Shown in pieces: positions 56,274 to 64,000 of a stretch of 64,000 nucleotides of DNA. Each line of letters begins with the position of its first letter. Within the stretch, counting starts at the first letter, position 1. Location: contig CAXXIA010000002.1 in NCBI GenBank assembly GCA_963666985.2, positions 1,024,001 through 1,088,000 on the forward strand, read 5' to 3'. Position numbers and translations under genes: made by a program. The DNA comes from Spirochaetia bacterium (GTDB lineage: Bacteria > Spirochaetota > Spirochaetia > DSM-2461). The notes under the pieces were generated by a model. The model had not been told where the DNA came from. It worked only from the letters and a program-made list of their open reading frames with translations, and did no database searches.

Positions 56274-57548
56274 ATGGATTTCGCGAATTCCCTACTTGAA
56301 CTCTGGAGAACTACCGGCCTCTACGGATTTCTCCAAGCCGGAGGATGGGGCAACGTCGTCATGATCGGCGTCGGTCTGCTCCTGATTTATCTGGCCATCG
56401 TGAAAGGCTTCGAGCCGCTGCTGCTGATTCCCATCGGATTCGGCGCGGTTCTGTCGAACATTCCTTTCGCGGAGATAGCCAGTCATTCCCATTACTACCT
56501 GAACGAAGCCGGAGCGGTGGTGTACAACGAACAGGCCCACCACATCATCGACGTGTTCGGCGGCTTTATCGGCCAATTTTACGACATGGGTATCGCCTCG
56601 GGACTCTTTCCGCTGCTGATTTTCATGGGCGTAGGCGCCATGACCGACTTCGGTCCGCTTCTGGCCAATCCCAAAACGCTGCTGCTGGGAGCCGCCGCTC
56701 AGTTCGGTATCTTCTTCGCCCTTTTCGGCACGGTGCTTCTGGAGAGAATCCCCGGCTTTACCTTTTTAACAGGTCCCGACGGACAAACCTTGGCTCAGTC
56801 CATTCTTCATGTGGCGGGTTCCATCGGAATCATCGGAGGCGCCGACGGGCCGACGGCCATCTTCACCACCTCCCGGCTGGCTCCCAACTATCTGGGACCC
56901 ATCGCGGTGGCGGCCTACTCCTACATGGCCCTGGTGCCCATCATCCAGCCGCCCATTATGAAAGCCCTCACAACCAAGGCCGAACGCCAAATCAAAATGG
57001 ATCAGCTGCGCCACGTTACCAAGACCGAAAAGATTATCTTCCCTCTGGTGGTTCTGGCCCTCTGCATCATCCTTCTTCCCAGCGCCACGCCTCTCATCGG
57101 CATGCTGATGTTCGGCAACCTCTTGAAGGAGAGCATGGTGACCAACCGCCTCTCGGATACGGCGCAAAACGCCCTGATGAACACCGTCACCATCATGCTG
57201 GGTCTGTCGGTAGGATCCAAAATGTCCGCCGACGTGTTCCTGAACTTTACGACTCTGGGCATTCTCCTCTTGGGACTTATCGCCTTCATGATCGGAACCG
57301 CCACCGGAGTCCTTCTGGCCAAGTTGATGAACAAGCTCTCTCCGAATCATCCCATCAATCCGCTCATCGGCGCCGCCGGTGTTTCCGCGGTTCCCATGGC
57401 CGCCCGCGTGGCCAACAAGGTGGGCTTGGAAGAGAATCCGAACAATTACCTCTTGATGCACGCCATGGGCCCCAACGTGGCCGGCGTTATCGGTTCGGCG
57501 GTCGCCGCGGGCGTTCTGCTCTCGCTGGTTCCCATTCTGGGAGGCTGA
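56274..57548 (+). CDS. oadB: Na+-translocating decarboxylase beta subunit
   Basis: [46 protein letters not shown]. Confidence 0.93.
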   Translation: MDFANSLLELWRTTGLYGFLQAGGWGNVVMIGVGLLLIYLAIVKGFEPLLLIPIGFGAVLSNIPFAEIASHSHYYLNEAGAVVYNEQAHHIIDVFGGFIGQFYDMGIASGLFPLLIFMGVGAMTDFGPLLANPKTLLLGAAAQFGIFFALFGTVLLERIPGFTFLTGPDGQTLAQSILHVAGSIGIIGGADGPTAIFTTSRLAPNYLGPIAVAAYSYMALVPIIQPPIMKALTTKAERQIKMDQLRHVTKTEKIIFPLVVLALCIILLPSATPLIGMLMFGNLLKESMVTNRLSDTAQNALMNTVTIMLGLSVGSKMSADVFLNFTTLGILLLGLIAFMIGTATGVLLAKLMNKLSPNHPINPLIGAAGVSAVPMAARVANKVGLEENPNNYLLMHAMGPNVAGVIGSAVAAGVLLSLVPILGG

Positions 57549-57596
57549 GGGTCTTTTTTCGGATGACCCCCGAAGCCACAAGTAAAATGCTTTAAC

Positions 57597-57626
57597 ACGG
57601 GCCGCCCGCCGGGCGGCCCGTTTCTT
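57597..57626 (+). terminator. Intrinsic terminator after oadB
   Basis: ACGGGCCGCCCgccGGGCGGCCCGT followed by TTCTT. Confidence 0.7.
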
Positions 57627-57706
57627 ATAAGGCGGCGCCGGGAGTCCCGAGGCCGCCGGTTTCATTCGATTAGGGCATTCTTGAAACGATCCGTTTGACG
57701 ATGGAA

Positions 57707-58099
57707 TCAGTCGGAGGCCGGCTTTTTTCCCGGAAGAGTGAATTGCCTGCTGTCGAAGCGGTCCCCGCCAAGCCATAAATCAATTTTCAGACCCGGATTC
57801 ATTTTCTCAACGTCGGCGTGCTTAATACTCCACCCCAATAAATCCAAGCGGGCCGAACCAAGCTGATCATGACCCGTCATGGCGCCGTAGTACGCCGCCA
57901 GTTCCGGCCTTTTGCGGCTGTTAAGCTTTCTTTCAAGCTCGGCGATTTCTTCGTCGGAGTGATCATTGTCGTCAATAACGGCCAAGTGAAGACCATCTTC
58001 TTCCTGATGAAGGGAAATAACCAATCGCATCGGATCTTCATCAAGTAAATAACTGGCCATTTCGCTCATCAATTGAATAATTTGATCTTTACGCTTCAT
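57707..58099 (-). CDS. Hypothetical protein
   Basis: Starts 1 nt after the stop of the upstream gene; KRPELAAYYGAMTG looks like a conserved motif. Confidence 0.7.
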   Translation of the reverse strand: MKRKDQIIQLMSEMASYLLDEDPMRLVISLHQEEDGLHLAVIDDNDHSDEEIAELERKLNSRKRPELAAYYGAMTGHDQLGSARLDLLGWSIKHADVEKMNPGLKIDLWLGGDRFDSRQFTLPGKKPASD

Positions 58100-58100
58100 C

Positions 58101-59375
58101 CTACTTTTCCGCCTTGTTGGTTCTATACCATTGGATGACAGATACGAAAATAGCCGCGGTTAATCCGCCGGCAAAACCGTTGTTATAGAGATTCATGCCC
58201 CCATGCCAGCTTCCGGTCTGCATAACCATTAAAAAATGGATGATACCGGCAATGATTCCGGCGATAATGCCGAATTCTCCGGCAAGCGGCGCCAATGTGG
58301 TACAAAAAATCGCGGCCAGAATCGGACCGGGAGCATTGAGGGCATTCCCGGTTGCCAAGGCGGCCAGAACGACTCCGGCGACTACGGGCCAAGAATTTTT
58401 CAGATGCGTTCCGAACGCTCCAAAACCCATGATGGTCAGCAAACCGCCGATTAACGGACCGTTGAAATCGCCTCCGACAATCCAAATATAAGCCGAACCG
58501 AGTATTCCGATCAGTCCGATATTTAAAAGAGCTCCTTCGGGAGACGCACCATCCACGAAATCCGAGGGAAGACGTCCCGAAGAAGAAAAAATACGTTTGA
58601 GATCCGAAAAAGATTTCTTACCGCCCGATAGAAGCGCGATAAAGATAAAAACAAAACCCATAACCGGAATCATGAAAATCAGAACCGGATGAGACCGGGA
58701 ATACCATACGGATTCACCGCCAAGAGTTCCGCCGAATCCGCGAATAACAGCCGCGGCGAAAAGACCGAAAAAACCGCACGAGAGTCCCATGTTGTAAAGG
58801 TTATATCCTTGATGCAGATGAAGCATCGCAACCGCTATGGAAGGCAGAAAAAATCCCGTTATGATTCCTCCGAGAACGCCAAAGAGCAAAGCCGCCGGCA
58901 AAGAAAAGCCCAATTCCCAAGAAATCGCGCCGACCAAGGGCCCCAAAGCCGTTCCGAAAAGAGCGATGATAAGATAATCCTTCATCTTTTTGCCGATTGT
59001 TCTGGCCGCTATGTATACGCCGAGGATAATCGGCAAGATGTTCAAAGGCGTTTTGCCGAAAAGCCCGAAACCCGTCATGGTAAGAACGGCCGCCCAAGTG
59101 GGGCCGGAAAGAGGGATTCCGGAAGCCGCGCAAAAGGCCAGACCGATAAAACCCACCGATGCGGCATTCAGCAAAGCCCCGCCGATTCCCGCGATTTCGA
59201 TATAATCGTTGAGAAGCCGCGCGGGGTGTGTTTGGATTCTGAGAAATCCCGAGAACGCATGAAAACCATCGACGCTGAAACCGACAATGATCATCGCGGT
59301 TAAGAAAACGATAAGAATTATGATAAGAAAACCGTGCGATCTGGGAAAATCTCTCTCAGGTCCCATGGATACCAT
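58101..59375 (-). CDS. DUF1576-like polytopic membrane protein
   Basis: Internally duplicated GFGLFGK/GFGAFG, GTALGP/TTLAP and GYNLYNMG/GMNLYNNG motifs; start 59375 or 59366. Confidence 0.75.
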   Translation of the reverse strand: MVSMGPERDFPRSHGFLIIILIVFLTAMIIVGFSVDGFHAFSGFLRIQTHPARLLNDYIEIAGIGGALLNAASVGFIGLAFCAASGIPLSGPTWAAVLTMTGFGLFGKTPLNILPIILGVYIAARTIGKKMKDYLIIALFGTALGPLVGAISWELGFSLPAALLFGVLGGIITGFFLPSIAVAMLHLHQGYNLYNMGLSCGFFGLFAAAVIRGFGGTLGGESVWYSRSHPVLIFMIPVMGFVFIFIALLSGGKKSFSDLKRIFSSSGRLPSDFVDGASPEGALLNIGLIGILGSAYIWIVGGDFNGPLIGGLLTIMGFGAFGTHLKNSWPVVAGVVLAALATGNALNAPGPILAAIFCTTLAPLAGEFGIIAGIIAGIIHFLMVMQTGSWHGGMNLYNNGFAGGLTAAIFVSVIQWYRTNKAEK

Positions 59376-59630
59376 TCTTAATTGTATGAAGCCGATAGTC
59401 AATTCTTTGAATTAAAGTTCATAGATATGGAGTGCATGGCCATTTTCTCATTTCAATCAGATTCCGGAATCAAAAGATCACTCAATGGGAATCATGAAGA
59501 AATCCGCCGGAAAAGACGGCGATTCCAAATCCCGGCCGCTCTTGCCCGATTTCTTTTTACGGCCGTCCATTGTGAATCGAGACACTCGACGGCTTCTCTC
59601 CTCCCGCCCAAACCGCTATGATTGCCCCCT

Positions 59631-62600
59631 GTGAGATTCCCGGAACCCTTCTCTTCCGAACAGATAAAATCTCTCGCCGCATCCGGCCTTTTCGAGCGGG
59701 CAAAACACATCCTTGCCGAAAGGCGGCTTTGGAAATTTGAAGACCGTTTGGACGACGAAGGAGAAGAGAAATCCGCCGCAAAACGGAATCCGCCGGTTCC
59801 CGTTCTAACGGCGGGCGCCCTGGTTCTGGAAGGCGCGCCCGAACCCTACCGCGTACTCTGGAACGGGAACTCCTGGTCCTGCGAATGCAAAGCCGCGAAG
59901 CCCTGTGTTCATCTTGCCGCCCTTCTTTTGCATCTGGCGGACAAACGATCCGACGATGAACGCCTGGCGGCCGTCGCCGAAGCGGCAGGTCGAAGCGAAA
60001 ACGATTCGGGAAAGGATTCCGAACCGCCGCGGAGCCTGGATTCGGTTTTTTCAATTCCTCCGTCATCTTCTCCTCTTTCGATTTTCACGGAAGTTTCCTT
60101 TGCTGAAAACGATGATTCAACGGATCTGAATCCTTCCCTGGATCTGTTGTTCTTCACCGAACCGGTTTCCGTGGAAACTCGGGATGTTATGATTCTGGGA
60201 CCCGCCGCCGAAGTGGACGCCGTTCTTTCCGGAGGCGCCTCCGAATCGCGGTCCGCCGCGCCTCTCTCCGCGGCACATCCGGCCGGCTTGCCTCCCTCGC
60301 CTCCCTCGCCCCCCTCTTCGCCGAAGGTTTTTCTCGATCTTTCGAAACACGCCTGGCGCGCCGCGGAAGCGGAAGTTCTTCTGAAACACGACGGCGGCTT
60401 CAGCCGGTTCCGAAGAAAAAAAGCGGCCGCGGCCGGACGGACTGAGAAAAAAGACGGAACACCGCCGGCTCCGGAAGGAAGCGGAATTCAAGAAAAGAAT
60501 AAAAATGGTGTTCCGGCCGATGAGACTTCCGAGAAGAAAGGATCGGCCGCCTTCGATTCGATCGCGGCGGCTCTCGAAAGCAAAACGCCCCCGCTGACTC
60601 CGGACGGCCGATCCTGGAGCCTAACCGAAGCGAAACGCCTCATCCTGCGCTTCGATCCCCTTCTCTCGCCCGGCGACGGCGAACCTTTGTACGAACCCGT
60701 TCCGCTGATGGCCCTGGCCGATCCGAATACGGCCGCCGGGCAAGACGCATCCGGGAAGGAATCCCCGGCGGGGAAACCGGAAGATTCCGCCGCCGAGGAG
60801 ACGGCCGCGAGCCGACGGCAAAATAATCAAGCGGCGGAGGAATCTTCGGCCGGAACGGAGGGGGAACACGTTCATCAAGGTTTTCCGCCGGCCCGCGCCG
60901 ACGGCGGCCGAACGGCACGCCCTTTGGGCCGTTTCGGCGGCGGACTGATCGGCGGCGGCTCAAGAAGCTGCGGTCTTTTCACCGGCTCGGGCGACATCAT
61001 TATGCTCGACGCCCCTTCGGCAACGGCCGCGCGGCTGACCGGCGCGGGAGACGCACTCTGGTTCGTCCGTCTTATCCTCTCCCGCCGGGTGATGAGCGCT
61101 TCGGACATCCGGGCGCGCTTTTACGGCACAAGAGGCGTTCCCGCGGGCATCGACATCGACCTTCCGGATCTTCCCGAAACGCTGGAGAAACTCGCGCCGA
61201 CACCGGTTCTCGAAATCATTGGAGGAGACGGTTATACGGATCTTCTGCCGCGCTGGAAATACGCGGGAACGATTCTGCAGCCGGGAGCCAAGGGTGAAAT
61301 TGTGATGGGCGGCACGGGACTTCGGCCGAGACCTCTGGGACTCCGCGATAAAGACGCTGAAAACGCGGCTATGGAGAAAATTGAAGGCATTCTCGCGATG
61401 GATCTGGCCTGGAGGCGAGGCCGTTACTTCGTCCTGACCGGAGAAGAGGCGCTTCCCTTCCGCATGGAAACGCCCATGGCCGATGTTCTGGCCGAATACG
61501 CCGCTCCCCTGATGGATGCGGGCGTTGAGATTCGATTGGAAAACCGCCCTATTCGGCGTGGAGGCGCGGTGGGGGTCAGCATTAAAAAAACAGGCGACCT
61601 GATGGAAATCAGCACCGCCATAAGCTGCGAAACCCTTGATCTGGACGAATGGCTGGATAAGGGCGGCCTGGTGCGGACCCGCGACTCCTATTTCCGCCTG
61701 ACCCAAAAAGCGCTGGATCAGCTGCTTTTTCTGCGCGCCAACGGCATGAACGGCGGCGGTTTTCTTTCCACCAGCCCGAACAACTTGAGCCTGATAGACG
61801 CCGTTTACGAAGAAACGGTTGCCTCCGAAGAGCTTCAGGCCGACCTGGAACGCCGCCGGAATCTCTACCGCGACCTCTCCGATTTCACTCCGGAGAACAT
61901 CACTCCGCCGCCCGAGTCGTTCCGCGCCTCGCTCCGCCCCTACCAGATGCTCGGCTACGCCTGGCTGCTTCATTTGAGAAACAACGGACTGGGCGCCTGC
62001 CTGGCCGACGATATGGGGCTGGGAAAAACGGTGCAGACCCTGGCGTATCTCGCCCGGCTCCGCGCCGACGGAAAGCTTAAAAATGTCCTTTTGGTGGGTC
62101 CGGTGGTGACTCTGGCCAACTGGGGAGCGGAAATCAGACGGTTCACCCCGAGTTTTACCGTGCACAAGTATTCCGGGCCGGCGGAGAAGCGTTTTCTCCC
62201 CGCGGAGGATTCGGGAACGGACATCGTGCTGGTAAGCTACCAAACCCTTCGAAACGACGCGGAGCGGTTCCTGGAGCGGGATTGGGATCACATCATTCTG
62301 GATGAAGCACACTACGTGAAAAACGCTTCGTCGAAAACCTTCAAGGCCGTGCGTTCCCTGCGCGCCGAGCACCGGATTTCCCTGACCGGCACGCCGTTGG
62401 AAAATCATCTGAACGAGCTTTGGTCTCAGATGACTTTTCTCAATCCAGGCCTCCTCGGCAGTCAGTCACGCTTTATTGAAAACTATGTCCGGCCGGTGGA
62501 ATTCGCAACAGACGATAAGGCGTTGACGCGCCTGTCGGATACCGTCGCGCCCTTCCTATTGAGGCGCCGTAAAGAAGAAGTTCTGGACGATCTGCCGCCG

Positions 62601-63311
62601 AAAGACGAAACGGTCCTGCGCTGCGACATGACCGATGATCAAAGCGAAGCCTACGACGCGATGAGGGAAACCTACCGGCGTCAGGTTACCGGCATGATTT
62701 CCGCGGACGGATTGGACGGTTCGCGCATCGAGATTCTTTCGGTTTTAAGCAAATTACGGCTTCTGGCCATCCATCCGCCGCTGGCGGGCGAACCGTTTAC
62801 CGGCATCTCATCGGGCAAAATGGCCGTCCTGGACAGCCTTCTGGAGGAAATCCTCGAAGAAAACCATAAAATTCTGCTCTTCAGTCAATTCCTCGGCGCC
62901 CTGGACCGCGCCGAACAGACCTGCCGAAAACATGAATGGCGTTTCAGCAGGCTAACCGGGGCCACCAAAAACCGGGAAGATCAGATTAAGGACTTCAATG
63001 AAAATCCCGAAACGAAAGTCTTCCTTTTAAGCCTGAAAGCCGGCGGCGTGGGCATTAATCTGACATCAGCCGATTATGTTGTATTGCTGGATCCCTGGTG
63101 GAATCCGGCGGTGGAAGCTCAGGCCGTGGACAGAGCCCACCGCATGGGACAAACGCGGCCGGTTATGGTTTACAGGCTCATCACCTCCGGGACAATCGAA
63201 GAAAAAGTTTTGGAACTGCAGGAACAAAAGAAAGATCTTATCGCCGGAGTGCTCGGCGACGGCGGCTCTCCCGCTCTTACCGAAGATGAAATCATGAATC
63301 TTCTGGATTGA
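59631..63311 (+). CDS. SWIM zinc-finger SNF2-family helicase
   Basis: CECKAAKPCVH; LADDMGLGKT, DEAH, LTGTPLEN, SLKAGGVGINL, QAVDRAHRMGQ; start (TTG 59622 or GTG 59631) uncertain. Confidence 0.9.
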   Translation: MRFPEPFSSEQIKSLAASGLFERAKHILAERRLWKFEDRLDDEGEEKSAAKRNPPVPVLTAGALVLEGAPEPYRVLWNGNSWSCECKAAKPCVHLAALLLHLADKRSDDERLAAVAEAAGRSENDSGKDSEPPRSLDSVFSIPPSSSPLSIFTEVSFAENDDSTDLNPSLDLLFFTEPVSVETRDVMILGPAAEVDAVLSGGASESRSAAPLSAAHPAGLPPSPPSPPSSPKVFLDLSKHAWRAAEAEVLLKHDGGFSRFRRKKAAAAGRTEKKDGTPPAPEGSGIQEKNKNGVPADETSEKKGSAAFDSIAAALESKTPPLTPDGRSWSLTEAKRLILRFDPLLSPGDGEPLYEPVPLMALADPNTAAGQDASGKESPAGKPEDSAAEETAASRRQNNQAAEESSAGTEGEHVHQGFPPARADGGRTARPLGRFGGGLIGGGSRSCGLFTGSGDIIMLDAPSATAARLTGAGDALWFVRLILSRRVMSASDIRARFYGTRGVPAGIDIDLPDLPETLEKLAPTPVLEIIGGDGYTDLLPRWKYAGTILQPGAKGEIVMGGTGLRPRPLGLRDKDAENAAMEKIEGILAMDLAWRRGRYFVLTGEEALPFRMETPMADVLAEYAAPLMDAGVEIRLENRPIRRGGAVGVSIKKTGDLMEISTAISCETLDLDEWLDKGGLVRTRDSYFRLTQKALDQLLFLRANGMNGGGFLSTSPNNLSLIDAVYEETVASEELQADLERRRNLYRDLSDFTPENITPPPESFRASLRPYQMLGYAWLLHLRNNGLGACLADDMGLGKTVQTLAYLARLRADGKLKNVLLVGPVVTLANWGAEIRRFTPSFTVHKYSGPAEKRFLPAEDSGTDIVLVSYQTLRNDAERFLERDWDHIILDEAHYVKNASSKTFKAVRSLRAEHRISLTGTPLENHLNELWSQMTFLNPGLLGSQSRFIENYVRPVEFATDDKALTRLSDTVAPFLLRRRKEEVLDDLPPKDETVLRCDMTDDQSEAYDAMRETYRRQVTGMISADGLDGSRIEILSVLSKLRLLAIHPPLAGEPFTGISSGKMAVLDSLLEEILEENHKILLFSQFLGALDRAEQTCRKHEWRFSRLTGATKNREDQIKDFNENPETKVFLLSLKAGGVGINLTSADYVVLLDPWWNPAVEAQAVDRAHRMGQTRPVMVYRLITSGTIEEKVLELQEQKKDLIAGVLGDGGSPALTEDEIMNLLD

Positions 63312-63454
63312 AAGAGGCCGGAGGGGGAGGCGCCAATCGCGGAGGGATACGAGGGAAGGCAGAAAGAAAGGCATGCTCCGATCGGCTTCGCTGATCACTT
63401 ATCCGCCGCATTCCCCTTCCTAACATCGCCCTCCCCGGCTAGAATAACCCCGCC

Positions 63455-64000
63455 ATGTTGGACTTAAAATTCATCCGAGAAAACGCCGAGGCCGTCAAGG
63501 CCAATATCGCCGCCCGCTTCATGAACGCCGACGTTGATGAGGTTCTTCGCCTTTACGAGAAGCGCAACGCGCTCATCACCGAAACCGACGATCTCAGGCG
63601 CCGACGCAACGAAAACGCCGCCGCCATGAAGGGCAAACTCGCGCCCGAAGAAAGAGCGAAACTCATCGAAGAAGGCAAGTCCATCAAGGAAGCCATTGCC
63701 GCGAAGGAATCCGAAGAATCCGAGGCCAAAACGGCTCTGGAGGCCGCCGCGGCGCTCATTCCGAACATGGCCCACCCCGACGCCCCGGTGGGTAAGGAAG
63801 ACAAGGACAACACCGAAATCGCCCGCTCGGGCGAACCGGCGAAGTTCGGCTTCAAGCCCAAAGACCACACGCAAATCGCCGAAAATCTGGATCTGATCGA
63901 TTTCGAAACCGGAGCCAAGGTTTCCGGCAGCAAATTCTACTTCCTCAAGAACGAAGCGGTATTCCTGGAACTGGCCCTGACCCGCTACGCGTTGGACATC
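63455..64000 (+). CDS. serS: Seryl-tRNA synthetase (3'-truncated by window edge)
   Basis: MLDLKFIREN..IPNMAHPDAPVGKEDKDN..KPKDH..GAKVSGSKFYFLK; absent from the ORF track because no stop is in the window. Confidence 0.93.
   Translation, partial: MLDLKFIRENAEAVKANIAARFMNADVDEVLRLYEKRNALITETDDLRRRRNENAAAMKGKLAPEERAKLIEEGKSIKEAIAAKESEESEAKTALEAAAALIPNMAHPDAPVGKEDKDNTEIARSGEPAKFGFKPKDHTQIAENLDLIDFETGAKVSGSKFYFLKNEAVFLELALTRYALDI

Noticed and set aside
54815..57776. Long overlapping or antisense ORFs across oadA/oadB (also over alr, ilvC, SNF2)
   Set aside because: Shadow frames produced by GC3-biased codon usage; no motifs or RBS.
59631..63311. SNF2 helicase as part of an anti-phage system
   Set aside because: Stand-alone SWIM-SNF2 beside serS with no methylase, nuclease or other defence partners.

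Overview
A 64-kb bacterial chromosomal segment, most likely from a spirochaete. This is suggested by the 16S rRNA 5' signature GCGTTTTAAGCATGCAAGTC and by 'FAxGxKE'-type secreted-protein N-termini. Left part, in order: partial GH36 alpha-galactosidase; radical SAM protein; polar amino-acid ABC transporter; Rrf2 regulator plus a PstSCAB-like ABC transporter; TetR plus GH13 glycosidase sharing an identical palindromic operator; panE-like reductase; sigma54/NtrC-controlled sugar ABC and D-lyxose-isomerase operon; GNAT-deacetylase fusion. Middle: complete minus-strand rRNA operon (16S-tRNA-Ala-23S-5S); EAL phosphodiesterase; argF; alr; LysO-like exporter; ilvC; IS1182-family element sitting in a palindrome; small H-NS-like protein; UVR-motif protein; Mrp/ApbC. 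Right part: sigma54-preceded pair of giant Ig-rich surface proteins with a divergent beta-barrel gene; oadGAB with a candidate Na+ riboswitch; DUF1576 pair; SWIM-SNF2 helicase; partial serS. Four +1 homopolymer frameshifts cluster in 36.9-44.1 kb and are probably sequencing errors. All family calls come from motif recognition by eye; no database search was run.
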